Shown here: in pieces, positions 22,172-32,517 of the stretch | Layout of the letters: each line of letters starts with the position of its first letter | Numbering within the stretch: the first letter of the stretch is position 1 | Assembly (NCBI GenBank): GCA_020348925.1 | Contig: CP070758.1 | Span: forward strand, 700,469-764,468 | Direction of reading: 5' to 3' | Length of the DNA stretch: 64,000 nucleotides | Source: Gemmatimonadota bacterium | GTDB taxonomy: Bacteria > JBHIER01 > G020348925 | The notes under the pieces: model-generated | What the model was told of the DNA's origin: nothing | The model's input: only the letters and a program-made list of their open reading frames with translations | Databases searched by the model: none | Made by a program: the position numbers and the translations under genes

Positions 22172-22478
22172 TCGAGAGGAGATCATCCAATTCATTAAGG
22201 ATGCTCTCCCAAAACTTCAGGAACAACTTTCCCTGAAACTGGTTGTTCTTTTCGGCTCCTACGCCAAGGGGAACTACACAGTTGCCAGTGATATTGACCT
22301 GCTCATTGTATACAGCGGTAGTAACAGGGATGATGCCTTCGCCCTGTGCAAGAGAACGCTGGGGATCCCCCGCCTCGAACCTCATGTCTATTCGGTTAAG
22401 GAGTATCAGGAATCAAAACGAACAGTAGGTCACATGATCAAAGATAGTATAATATTGATAGGCAGCTCATCCGTATAA
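22122..22478 (+). CDS. Minimal nucleotidyltransferase (MNT, putative antitoxin)
   Basis: VLFGSYAKGNYTVASDIDLLIV fits GSx10DxD. Overlaps the 3' end of the HEPN gene. Confidence 0.9.
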   Translation: MPRTLSSSVKVFYPKHNREEIIQFIKDALPKLQEQLSLKLVVLFGSYAKGNYTVASDIDLLIVYSGSNRDDAFALCKRTLGIPRLEPHVYSVKEYQESKRTVGHMIKDSIILIGSSSV

Positions 22479-22528
22479 CTATTGCATTCGTATCCCTCTA
22501 AAGAATTGCCGAAGGAAAGGAATCTGAT

Positions 22529-24712
22529 ATGAAACACCTAAAGTTTCTTCCTGTAACACTCTCACTGCTCTTCGCAATAGCTGTTGTATGCTTCTCTTTG
22601 TTACATGCCGAGGAGGGCATGTGGCCCATCGACCATCTCTCGAAAGAACTCATTCGAGAAATGCAGGCCAAGGGGCTGAGTCTGTCCGATGAAGAATTGT
22701 ACACAACGGATGGTAAAGGCGTCATTAACGCCGTGGTCGACCTCGGTGGCGGAACCGGCTCCTTCGTCTCTCCTGAAGGTCTCATCATCACCAACCACCA
22801 CGTCGCCTTCGGCGCCATACAGCAGATGAGCACTGCCGAGAACAATTACATTGAGAAAGGCTTTCTCGCCAAAACCCGTGAGGACGAACCCCAGGCCTTG
22901 GGTTTCAACGCGTATGTCCTGCTCTCATCCAAGGACGTCACGGAGGAGGTTCTCTCCTATGTCAATGATTCGATGTCGCCTCTGGAGCGGTTCAATGCCG
23001 TCGAGCAGGCGCAAAAGGAGATCGTCAAAGAGGCCGAGGAAGGCAGGGATGTCTTTTGCGAAGTCGCAGCCATGTACGGTGGTCTTTCCTATACACTCTA
23101 CACGTATCTTAAGATAAAAGACCTCCGCGTCGTTTACGTACCACCGGCATCTATCGGTAACTACGGTGGAGATATCGACAACTGGATGTGGCCGCGCCAT
23201 ACCGGCGATTTCTCCTTTCTCCGGGCCTACGTGGCACCGAATGGAAAAACGGCCGAGTATTCCGAGGAGAATGTTCCCTACCGTCCTAAGAGTTATCTAA
23301 AAATTGCTTCCGAACCGACGAGAGAGGGAGATTTTGCGCTTGTGGCGGGTTATCCCGGTCATACCTACAGGCATGTAACGTCCTACACCATAGAGAACGA
23401 TATCAATTTCTACTACCCCACAAAGATCGACATCTTCAACGAATGGACGAACATCATCGCCGACCATGCGGCCAGAGATCCTGAGGCGGGGGTCAAAATG
23501 GCCGGTCTGAAAGAAGGGCTGGAAAACAGCAAGAAAAATGCGCACGGCATGCTGGAGGGTTTTCAGCGGTATCGTCTTCTCGATCGAAAGCTTCACCTTG
23601 AAGAAGAGTTCAAGGCATTTCTGGCCGGCGATGCCCAAATGGAGAAAGAATACGGTCATATCCTCCCCGAAATCAAATCACAATACGATCATGTCAAATC
23701 CTATCAGTTACAGAGAATGCTGTTCAGCTATATCAAATTACGAGGATTGTTCCAAGCTGCCTACACCATTTACAAATGGAATGTCGAACAGGAGAAGACG
23801 GACCTGGAGCGAGATCCTGATTACATGGAGCGGGAGTTACCGGATATCAGGCGGAAACTTCAGAATCTCGATCGGAAATACCATCCGGCCGTCGATCGCG
23901 ATATGCTGGTCATGTTTCTCCGCCGGATGGCGGCCTTGCCCGCCGGTCGAAGGATTCAGGCCGTCGATGAAATTCTCGCCGGAGTTCCTGAAGATGAGCG
24001 TGACGTGGCTATCAATGAATTTGTGGATGCACTCTATTCCGGCACGAGACTCACTGATGTCGAGGCGCGATTGGCCATGCTGGATTCCGGAACGAAGCAC
24101 CTTGTGGAAGAGGGGGATCCCTTTATCCTCTTCGCCGCACAACTCTATCCTGAAGTGGAGGAATTGCAGGAGAGACGGGATGCTTTCGATGGAGCCCTGA
24201 GCGTGCTCAGACCGCAGTGGGTCAAGGCCTTGATGGAATGGCAGAAGCAGGCGTTATATCCGGACGCGAACAACACCCTCAGGATCAACTACGGTGTGGT
24301 GAGAGGCTATGCCCCCCGGGACGCTGTCTCTTATGAATCCTTCACTACACTGGACGGTGTTTTGGAAAAATACAGGGGTGAAGATCCTTTTGATTTGCCG
24401 CCACAAATTTTTGAACTTGTGGAGAAGCAGGATTTCGGACCTTACCGCGATCCGGTTCTCAACGATGTGCCGGTCGATTTCCTGACGACGAACGATAGCA
24501 CCGGCGGTAATTCCGGAAGTCCGCTCCTCAATCATAAGGGGGAACTCATCGGCCTTCTCTTTGACGGTAACTACGAGTCCATCTCGGCCGACTTCATGTT
24601 CATCGAGGAGATGACCCGGACGATCAATGTGGATATCCGGTACGTCCTATTCATCGCCGACAAGCTGAACAACGCCCGAAATGTGCTTCAGGAGATGGGT
24701 GTGTTGGAGTAA
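22529..24712 (+). CDS. S46 family dipeptidyl peptidase (DPP7-like)
   Basis: Signal peptide then EEGMWP, GTGSFVSPEGLIITNHHV, DNWMWPRHTGDFSF, YPDANNTLR, DSTGGNSGSP. FDGN has Gly at the S1 position, as in DPP7 (DPP11 has Arg). Confidence 0.93.
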   Translation: MKHLKFLPVTLSLLFAIAVVCFSLLHAEEGMWPIDHLSKELIREMQAKGLSLSDEELYTTDGKGVINAVVDLGGGTGSFVSPEGLIITNHHVAFGAIQQMSTAENNYIEKGFLAKTREDEPQALGFNAYVLLSSKDVTEEVLSYVNDSMSPLERFNAVEQAQKEIVKEAEEGRDVFCEVAAMYGGLSYTLYTYLKIKDLRVVYVPPASIGNYGGDIDNWMWPRHTGDFSFLRAYVAPNGKTAEYSEENVPYRPKSYLKIASEPTREGDFALVAGYPGHTYRHVTSYTIENDINFYYPTKIDIFNEWTNIIADHAARDPEAGVKMAGLKEGLENSKKNAHGMLEGFQRYRLLDRKLHLEEEFKAFLAGDAQMEKEYGHILPEIKSQYDHVKSYQLQRMLFSYIKLRGLFQAAYTIYKWNVEQEKTDLERDPDYMERELPDIRRKLQNLDRKYHPAVDRDMLVMFLRRMAALPAGRRIQAVDEILAGVPEDERDVAINEFVDALYSGTRLTDVEARLAMLDSGTKHLVEEGDPFILFAAQLYPEVEELQERRDAFDGALSVLRPQWVKALMEWQKQALYPDANNTLRINYGVVRGYAPRDAVSYESFTTLDGVLEKYRGEDPFDLPPQIFELVEKQDFGPYRDPVLNDVPVDFLTTNDSTGGNSGSPLLNHKGELIGLLFDGNYESISADFMFIEEMTRTINVDIRYVLFIADKLNNARNVLQEMGVLE

Positions 24713-24963
24713 AATTATCCGAAGGAAACGTAGACCGTCTGTGAACCAAGGGAACACAGTTCGCGCTTACGTCTTGAGCGCAGGCGTGTGCATCTTGTGG
24801 CCGTCTTTTCCCGAAGAAGCCAATAACACCAGAGTGACGCGCACGACATAAGATATCCAAGATCGCTGCGGCTTTTCTCTTGCACATACACAGCCTTCGC
24901 TTTATATTCGAAACCTCACAGGCGAACGGACGTTCAAGCTATTGGTAGAGTAAAATTGAGAGT

Positions 24964-25587
24964 ATGAGAGGTCTTTTCATTACATTTGAAGGTGTCGATG
25001 GATGCGGTAAGACGACCCAAGCAGAGCGGTTGGCCGAGTATCTGTCCTCTCATGGTCGTCAGGTTGTGCTGACGCGGGAACCAGGCGGGACGGAAATTTC
25101 CGAAAAAATCAGGGCCGTTCTCTTGGACAGAAGCAATCACACCATGAGCTGGTTGACGGAAATGTTTCTGTATATGGCCAGTCGCGCTCAGCTTACAGAA
25201 GAGATCATTCGTCCTTCTTTGGACAAAGGGTCCGTGGTCATTTCCGATCGCTTCATGGATGCCACCCTTGCCTATCAAGGATACGGACGGGGCTTGGACA
25301 GGGAGATGATCAGGCAACTCAACATTGTAGCCACTTCGAAGCTTATTCCGGATCTTACAATACTCATGGATCTCGTGCCTGAAATCTGTAGCCGGAGAAT
25401 GGCAGCGATGGGAAAGTCTATCGACCGCTTGGAAGGGGCGGGGAGCGAATTCCAGAAGAAAGTGAGAGAGGGATACTTGGAAATGGCCGGAATGGAATCC
25501 CAGCGGTTTCGTGTCATTGATGCAGGGAAGTCCATAGATGAAAATGAACGGGAGATCCGAGAAATTATCGGATCTTTATTACAATAA
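24964..25587 (+). CDS. tmk: Thymidylate kinase
   Basis: FITFEGVDGCGKTTQ, TREPGGT, SDRF..ATLAYQGYGRG. Confidence 0.97.
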   Translation: MRGLFITFEGVDGCGKTTQAERLAEYLSSHGRQVVLTREPGGTEISEKIRAVLLDRSNHTMSWLTEMFLYMASRAQLTEEIIRPSLDKGSVVISDRFMDATLAYQGYGRGLDREMIRQLNIVATSKLIPDLTILMDLVPEICSRRMAAMGKSIDRLEGAGSEFQKKVREGYLEMAGMESQRFRVIDAGKSIDENEREIREIIGSLLQ

Positions 25588-25600
25588 TTTTGTGCGGAGG

Positions 25601-27253
25601 ATGCCGATGATACGATACAATCAATGGAAGCGATTCATCGCTCTGTCCTTTGTCGTCCTTCTCATTGGGGCAACCTTTGGTTCTCTGTTGGCCGACAAAG
25701 AGGAGATCTATCGCAGTATTCGTAAAAACTTTACCCTCTTCAATCGAATCTACGAGGCAGTCAGTACCAGGTATGTGGAAGAGGTGAACGTCGACGAGCT
25801 CATGCAGGCCAGCATCAAGGGGATGTTGGATACCCTCGATCCCTACACTCAGTATATGGAGAAAAGTCATTATCAGGAGCTCAAAATCGGTACCAAAGGG
25901 AAATTCGAAGGACTGGGTATTAATATCGGTATTCGTGGAAACATATTGACGGTCATCTCTCCCATCGAAGGAACGCCCGCCCATCGTATCGGCATACAGG
26001 CGGGAGATAAGATCATGAAGATTGAAGGAGAATCGACCGCAGGTTTCACGACTGCGAAGGCCGCTTCCCTTCTCCGTGGTCCCAAAGGGACCCAGGTCAC
26101 CGTAACGATTGAACGGGAAGGAGTACCGGAACCTATCGATTACACCGTCACCAGAGATGTTATCGAAGTCAAGAGTGTCTCTTATGCTGGTGTCATCGAC
26201 GATGGCATTGGATACATCCGGCTGAGGAAATTCTCCCAGCACTCGGGGGAAGAGGTTAAAGAGGCTCTTGAAGAAGTTCTTCGGCATGATATCCAAGGTT
26301 TAATCTTCGACCTGAGAATGAACTCCGGCGGACTGCTCAGCGAAGCCGTTGATGTCACTGATAAATTTTTGCCAAAGGACAAACTGATCGTTTCCACCAA
26401 AGGGAGGAATGGTGAAAAGGAGGTGACATTCGTCGCTCAAGACGAACCTGTTTACGGTGATAAGCCTCTCGTCGTTCTCGTTGATAAAGGAAGCGCCAGT
26501 GCTTCCGAGATCTTTGCCGGCGCCATTCAGGATTGGGATCGTGGTCTCCTCGTTGGAACATTAACCTTCGGCAAGGGATTGGTGCAATCGGTTCTTCCTA
26601 TCGGATCTGACGAGGCTCTCAAGATTACGACTGCAAAATATTATACGCCCAGCGGCCGCTGTATTCAAAAGGAGGATGCCGAAGAAGAACATGTTACGCA
26701 AGAGAGGTTTTATACGGAAAGCGGTCGTATCGTCTATGCCGGTGGTGGGATTACCCCTGATATCGAAAGTGAAGCTCCGAAGTTGAGCCAACTCGAATCG
26801 GAACTGCTGCGAAAAGGTCTGTTCTTGGCCTTCGCCGCTCACTATTCTGCCGAGCATCCTGATCTGAATCAGGATTTCGATATAACCGAAGAGATACTCG
26901 ATCAATTTCAACGGTTCACGCAGGAAAAGGAACTGAGCTATAAAGCTGCGGGATTTTCAGAAATTGAGGACCTGCGGGAGATTGCTCAGAGGGAACAATC
27001 CAGTTCTGCAGTCAATGACCTTCTCGATGAATTTGAGGGTCTCATTGCGTCGGAAAAGGAGATGAGTTTCGAACGGAGTGCTGAATTCATAAAAAGGCGT
27101 TTGAAGGCTCAGATTGCCTTGGATGTGTGGGGTACAGAGAGGGAAACAGAGATAAGGCTCCGCGATGATCCCCAGGTTGCAACGGCCATCGATCTTCTGA
27201 AACATCCGGAATTGTATTACAACAATCTGGCTGTTGCCGATGAAGGGGAATAG
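25601..27253 (+). CDS. S41 family carboxy-terminal processing protease (PDZ plus peptidase)
   Basis: LDPYT, FEGLGI, DLRMNSGGLL, SASASEIFAGAIQD, TFGKGLVQ, TTAKYYTPSGR. Start uncertain. Confidence 0.93.
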   Translation: MPMIRYNQWKRFIALSFVVLLIGATFGSLLADKEEIYRSIRKNFTLFNRIYEAVSTRYVEEVNVDELMQASIKGMLDTLDPYTQYMEKSHYQELKIGTKGKFEGLGINIGIRGNILTVISPIEGTPAHRIGIQAGDKIMKIEGESTAGFTTAKAASLLRGPKGTQVTVTIEREGVPEPIDYTVTRDVIEVKSVSYAGVIDDGIGYIRLRKFSQHSGEEVKEALEEVLRHDIQGLIFDLRMNSGGLLSEAVDVTDKFLPKDKLIVSTKGRNGEKEVTFVAQDEPVYGDKPLVVLVDKGSASASEIFAGAIQDWDRGLLVGTLTFGKGLVQSVLPIGSDEALKITTAKYYTPSGRCIQKEDAEEEHVTQERFYTESGRIVYAGGGITPDIESEAPKLSQLESELLRKGLFLAFAAHYSAEHPDLNQDFDITEEILDQFQRFTQEKELSYKAAGFSEIEDLREIAQREQSSSAVNDLLDEFEGLIASEKEMSFERSAEFIKRRLKAQIALDVWGTERETEIRLRDDPQVATAIDLLKHPELYYNNLAVADEGE

Positions 27254-27396
27254 ATGCAACATCCCGACATGAATGAACAAAAAGGATTTCAAAAAAATAT
27301 ATAACCCTGAATTCAAAAAGTATGCGCACTCAAAAGGTGCGCATTTCGTTATATGCAGACACAGTTCTGATTTTTTTATACGACACGTTGCCTCAT

Positions 27397-28530
27397 ATGA
27401 CAGAATATCCTAAGACACCTGCACGACCTGCCTGGGTGGAAGTTGATCTCCACGCCATCGCTCAGAATCTTACTGCTCTTCGGCAAAAGGTTGGCCCGAG
27501 AAAGATCATGGGCACCGTGAAGGCGAATGCTTACGGTCACGGTTTGGTTGAGGTGGCAAAGTTCCTCGAAAATGAAAAGATCGACATGCTGGGCGTATCG
27601 ATCCTGGATGAAGCCGAGGATCTGCGCCGGGCCGGAATTACAACCCCGATTCTTATCATGGGCACCATTCTGCCGGAGGAGGCGGACAGGGCTCTTGAAT
27701 TGGATGTGACCCCGACGCTCAACTCCTTCAACGTTGCGAAATCGTTAGCCGGGGCTGCAAGGGAGCGCGGTCGGAGGGTCAGGGCACATGTTAAAATCGA
27801 TACCGGCATGGGTCGCTTCGGGGAATTGCCCCCCGCGGCCATCGATTATGTGAGCCGTTTGCAGGCTCATGAATACTTAGAGATTGAAGGGATATACACT
27901 CATTTTCCCGGAGCCGATGTGCAGAACGATCCTTTCACCCGGCGACAGATTGAAACGTTCAAAAGAATCATCGATCAACTTACGGAAAGAGGCTTTTACA
28001 TCCCCATCCAACACGCCGCCAACAGCTCCGCCATTCTCAACTATCCAGAGTCGTATTTCACCATGGTCAGGCCCGGTGATACCCTATATGGCCTTTACCC
28101 CTCGGAAAGAGTCGAAAAAAACCTATTGCTGAGACCGGCTTTAAGCTGGAAATCGAAAATACTCACCTTGAAGCGGGTTCCCCAGGGTTGGAGCATCAGT
28201 TACGGGCGCACGTATATCACCCCGACGGAGAAAAAGATCGCCATCATACCTGTAGGATATGCTGACGGGTATAACCGCCATCTCTCCAATAAAGGTCAGG
28301 TTCTCATTCATGGTCGGAGAGCCCCAATCATAGGCCTTGTCTGCATGGACCAGTTCATGGTCGATGTGACCGATATCCCCGATGTAACCGCAGGTGATGA
28401 GGTTGTTCTCATTGGGAAACAGGCTGGTGAAAAGATCACGGTAGATGATCTTGCCCGTCAGCTTGGTACGATCAATTACGAGATCATCTGCGGCATCTCT
28501 CACCGCGTCCCCCGGATGTATACAAAATAG
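27397..28530 (+). CDS. alr: Alanine racemase
   Basis: VKANAYGHG, HVKIDTGMGR, HAANS, SYG, PVGYADG, VCMDQ, GTINYE. Confidence 0.96.
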   Translation: MTEYPKTPARPAWVEVDLHAIAQNLTALRQKVGPRKIMGTVKANAYGHGLVEVAKFLENEKIDMLGVSILDEAEDLRRAGITTPILIMGTILPEEADRALELDVTPTLNSFNVAKSLAGAARERGRRVRAHVKIDTGMGRFGELPPAAIDYVSRLQAHEYLEIEGIYTHFPGADVQNDPFTRRQIETFKRIIDQLTERGFYIPIQHAANSSAILNYPESYFTMVRPGDTLYGLYPSERVEKNLLLRPALSWKSKILTLKRVPQGWSISYGRTYITPTEKKIAIIPVGYADGYNRHLSNKGQVLIHGRRAPIIGLVCMDQFMVDVTDIPDVTAGDEVVLIGKQAGEKITVDDLARQLGTINYEIICGISHRVPRMYTK

Positions 28531-28691
28531 CCAACCAGAGTAAATTCTTACAGTTCCTCTTTTCGAAATAAAAATCTTGTGCATCAATTCCGGATTATAT
28601 AATTTACAATCTGAATTTCATCTCTGAACTGAATCGTCATGGCCATTTTTGATTGGTGTGTACTTTTCCTATTTCAAAGGAGGTGAGACGT

Positions 28692-30044
28692 ATGAAGTCA
28701 CGATGCGGTTATAGCGTCCTCCTCTTGACACTCGTCTCAATATCTGCTTCGTCGGGACTGGAATGGAAAGTTGCGGTGGTAGATGGTGGTGGTGCGGTGA
28801 TCAATGCGGGTACTTCTGTTGCGATCGCATCTGGTGACTACCCTCACATGAGTTATCTTTCATATTTTTCACCGGATGACTCTGTGGGTCTGTTTTATGT
28901 CTATTGGGATGGTGATCAATGGCACAAACAGAACATATTCCAGCTTTGGATCTATTTTGAAACCCAGACATCGCTTTCTCTTGATAAAGAGGACAATCCG
29001 CACATTGCTCATGGCTGGCATGGTGGTACGGGAGCACTCATGATGTATTCTTTCTGGGATGGTGCAGACTGGCAACACATGCATATCCCGTATCTCGGGG
29101 AAGCCGTACACAATGACATTACTGTCGATGATTTCGGGTGTTCGCATATAGCACACATATGGATCAGCGACGTGCCGTGTCCCATCAGTCCGATTTATTC
29201 CGCCTTCGGCTGCCCCCAAAAATGTGGAAGCGATGTGGATACAGTTGATTACATGTGGTGGGGCAATGGACATGTCTCTCTTGCCTTGAGTTCAACCAGT
29301 TCGCCATGTCTGTGCTATAACTTGAACAATCGGACTGATCCTGGTCTGAAATATGCTTTCTGTGTTGAAAATTATATTGGTGAAAAATGGAATATTGAAA
29401 AAGTTGATACCGTGCCGGAGGCTCCTCATACTTCTGGAACAGCGATATCGTTGAATTTAGATGTTTCTGATCATCCCCACGTTTCTTATTACGACGACCT
29501 TCATCATGATCTCAAGTGGGCGAGAAAAATTGGTGGAAACTGGGAGATTGGTGCAGTTGACAGTTTCGCAGATGTCGGTTCATGCAATTCTCTGGTACTT
29601 GACGACTACGGTTTTGAGCACATCTCTTACTACGATGCCACTCATAAAGACCTGAAATGCGCCCATTGGAATGGAAGGAGCTGGGAGATTGAAAGGGTCG
29701 ATACTCTGGGACAGGTCGGTGACGTCAATTCCATAGCCATCGATGATGATGGCTGCCTTCACATCAGTTATTACGACGCCATGAACAAATTCTTAAAATA
29801 CGCCAAATCGACCTCAACTCATATATGCTCAGGTGTTAAAGGTGACGTTGATGGAAACAGTACGATCGATGTAATAGATGTTGTCCAGACAGTTCGTCAT
29901 ATCCTCGGTATTGAGATTCTCGAATTCTGCAGCCGGGTGAGGGCTGACTGCAATGCAGACGGCCAGATTGATATAACGGACGTTCTCGGCATTGTGAACG
30001 TCATATTAAATGTGAGCACGTGTCAGCCTACGAAGGGAAATTGA
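28692..30044 (+). CDS. Secreted beta-propeller-like protein with a C-terminal dockerin domain
   Basis: RBS AAGGAGGT and a signal peptide. Repeats of the form S(L/I)xLDxxxxPHISYYD...W.IE.VD. Duplicated dockerin motif KGDVDGNSTIDVIDVV...RADCNADGQIDITDVL. Confidence 0.85.
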   Translation: MKSRCGYSVLLLTLVSISASSGLEWKVAVVDGGGAVINAGTSVAIASGDYPHMSYLSYFSPDDSVGLFYVYWDGDQWHKQNIFQLWIYFETQTSLSLDKEDNPHIAHGWHGGTGALMMYSFWDGADWQHMHIPYLGEAVHNDITVDDFGCSHIAHIWISDVPCPISPIYSAFGCPQKCGSDVDTVDYMWWGNGHVSLALSSTSSPCLCYNLNNRTDPGLKYAFCVENYIGEKWNIEKVDTVPEAPHTSGTAISLNLDVSDHPHVSYYDDLHHDLKWARKIGGNWEIGAVDSFADVGSCNSLVLDDYGFEHISYYDATHKDLKCAHWNGRSWEIERVDTLGQVGDVNSIAIDDDGCLHISYYDAMNKFLKYAKSTSTHICSGVKGDVDGNSTIDVIDVVQTVRHILGIEILEFCSRVRADCNADGQIDITDVLGIVNVILNVSTCQPTKGN

Positions 30045-30083
30045 AATGTCACACCTATCACAGACGAAAGTCTGGGCCACAAT

Positions 30084-32411
30084 GTGACACCTTTGGAATG
30101 TGACAACCATGCACAGCGGTTTTACGAATTCAAGACGATCTATCATCTCAAAAGCGTAATAGAGAAAATGGACTTCGGCGGTTCCCCCACAATACACCTG
30201 CTTATAAAAGCGAGAGAAGGGATCAGAACATCCCCTGCGAAATTAGGGGTTTTTCCCTCTTCCTTCAATCCTCTTACAGTATCCCACGTCGAGCTCATCG
30301 AGAGGGCCATCTCCGATTTCGCCATGGATGAGGTGCTCCTTGTGCTGGACAAGAAAACGCTGGATAAGGAAGTCTTCGGAGCGACACTGGAGGATCGACT
30401 CTTGATGCTCTTCAGTTTTTGTCAGGACAAACCTTACATCTCCCTCGGGTTGTCCAATCGCGGCCTCTTTGTGGATAAAGTGACAGCCCTCAGAGAACTT
30501 TATCCACCCAAGACGGACATACACTTCATCGTCGGCTACGATACCATCATCCGGGTGCTGGATCCAAAATATTATGATGACAGAGAAGCGTCTCTCGAAA
30601 AGCTCTTCAGCGAGTGTTCTTTCCTGGCCGCCAATCGTGGAGGGGAAAGCGTTGAAGATATTTCTGATTTATTCGAGAAAGACGAAAACAGAAAATACGC
30701 CGATAGAGTGAAAACATTTGTCATCTCTGATTTTCTCGCCTCGGTTTCTTCGACACAGATACGAGACTTGGTCACCAAGGGAAAAAGTATCACCGACTTC
30801 GTGCCAATTGAGATCGAGGAATTCATCTCCGAGACCGGACTCTATGGTCCTGATATTTCAGTGGGGAGTGAACGAATCAACATATATAATATTCGATGCC
30901 AGGCTATTGAACACCTCTGGGCACTCAATCCTATAGAGCCTCCCCAGACTGACTTGAAAAAGATCATCACGGCGGCCAGGGGAGATACACCTTTGGGAAA
31001 AGAAGTCCGACGCGTTCTTTTATTATCTCCAAGGCAGATTCCGCCAAGACCTGCTCCACGTATCCCATCTCAACCCACGGGTAATTTCGATCTCGTCACA
31101 CCGCTTTTCCCTCTTCAAAAAGCCCAGCAGGAAGCGCGACGCTGTTTACAATGTCAGAATCCACCCTGCGAGCGCCATTGCCTCCCGGGCCTTCCAATTC
31201 TTGAGCTTCTCAAATTGATAGCTCGCGGTGCGTTTGAGGGCGCTTATGTAAGAATGAGAGAAGCTGAACCTCTGTGCGGGATGACAGAGTATCTCTGTCA
31301 GACGAAGGAGAACTATTGCGAGCGTCATTGCCTCTCAAGACAGCTTTTTGGAACAGGCAATGAAATCGCCATTCAAACCGTTTTTCGTTCCCTGTGGGAG
31401 TACGGACACAGGGAATGTGAAGATACGAACGATTTGTCTTTGAAATACAAAATAAATTTAGGAACGAGAAATAAGAAGGTTGCCATCGTAGGATCAGGAC
31501 CGGCAGGTCTGAAAGCAGCTATGGATCTGGCCAAACATGGCTACAACGTTACTATCTTTGAGAGGAAGGAAAAAATCGGGGGCGTTCCTCGCTTCGAGAC
31601 GCCCATATTTCGATTCCCGGCCGAAGAGGTCTTCAATCACATCGAGAAGGATATTCGAGCACTATCTATTCACATAGAGGCAGGTGTCACTATCGGGCAA
31701 AACGCGACTATCGAGAAATTGAAGCAACAGGGCTTCACCGCCATATTTGTGGCTACAGGACTTACGCTGCCGAAAAGGCTCGATATCCCCGGAGAAGATC
31801 TCAAAGGTGTTTCAACCTCGATCGATATTTTCAACGAGTTTCACAGGAATGGCTTGAATGATCTCATGAAGAGGTTTAAAGATAAAAAGTGTTACGTCAT
31901 CGACAGCGGAAACACGGCCATGGATACCTCTCGGTTGCTCAGACGGCTCGGTGCCGAGGTGACCAGTATCTTTTGGGAAGACGCACCGAGAGCTTACCCA
32001 AAAGAGATCGCTGCGGCAGAAAAAGAGGGCATATCCTTTCTATGTACTTCGCTTCCTGTCGGACTGGTTGGAGATAATCAGGGAGTACTGACTCATATAA
32101 AGAGTGCCGAAACAACCTTTGATGAAAAAACAGAACGCTGGAAACCAATTCCAGGGACAGACAGGGATCTCCCGACGGACTTTTGTATCTATGCCATAGG
32201 CGCTCATCCTGACGTCAATCTTGAGAACCTCAACATAACTAAAGAGGGTCATATTCAAGTCGATCCAGTGACATTGCAGACATCGATTCCTGCTCTCTAT
32301 GCGGGGGGTGACGTGGTCGAGCGGGGTAATATTTCAACCGCAATCCGTGATGGGAGAAGAGCTGCTGAAAGTATTTACGATTTTTGTAATGCTGAAGCCG
32401 GAAAGTTGTAA
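30084..32411 (+). CDS. Fusion: nicotinamide/nicotinate-mononucleotide adenylyltransferase-like domain plus GltD/PreT-like Fe-S flavoprotein
   Basis: N-terminal FPSSFNPLTVSH, GLFVDK, FIVGYDTIIRVLDPKYY, VSSTQIR. C-terminal CLQCQNPPCERHC, KVAIVGSGPAGL, FVATG, YAGGDV...AIRDGRRAA. One uninterrupted frame; start codon uncertain. Confidence 0.85.
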   Translation: MTPLECDNHAQRFYEFKTIYHLKSVIEKMDFGGSPTIHLLIKAREGIRTSPAKLGVFPSSFNPLTVSHVELIERAISDFAMDEVLLVLDKKTLDKEVFGATLEDRLLMLFSFCQDKPYISLGLSNRGLFVDKVTALRELYPPKTDIHFIVGYDTIIRVLDPKYYDDREASLEKLFSECSFLAANRGGESVEDISDLFEKDENRKYADRVKTFVISDFLASVSSTQIRDLVTKGKSITDFVPIEIEEFISETGLYGPDISVGSERINIYNIRCQAIEHLWALNPIEPPQTDLKKIITAARGDTPLGKEVRRVLLLSPRQIPPRPAPRIPSQPTGNFDLVTPLFPLQKAQQEARRCLQCQNPPCERHCLPGLPILELLKLIARGAFEGAYVRMREAEPLCGMTEYLCQTKENYCERHCLSRQLFGTGNEIAIQTVFRSLWEYGHRECEDTNDLSLKYKINLGTRNKKVAIVGSGPAGLKAAMDLAKHGYNVTIFERKEKIGGVPRFETPIFRFPAEEVFNHIEKDIRALSIHIEAGVTIGQNATIEKLKQQGFTAIFVATGLTLPKRLDIPGEDLKGVSTSIDIFNEFHRNGLNDLMKRFKDKKCYVIDSGNTAMDTSRLLRRLGAEVTSIFWEDAPRAYPKEIAAAEKEGISFLCTSLPVGLVGDNQGVLTHIKSAETTFDEKTERWKPIPGTDRDLPTDFCIYAIGAHPDVNLENLNITKEGHIQVDPVTLQTSIPALYAGGDVVERGNISTAIRDGRRAAESIYDFCNAEAGKL

Positions 32412-32517
32412 TATGCGTTGAGTTTTCAGTTGACGGCTGGGCACTGGAGTGTTAGATTGTAACTTGTATGTGCCCGGTATCAACTATTATTTTCAGAAAC
32501 TCATCCGGATAATTCAT

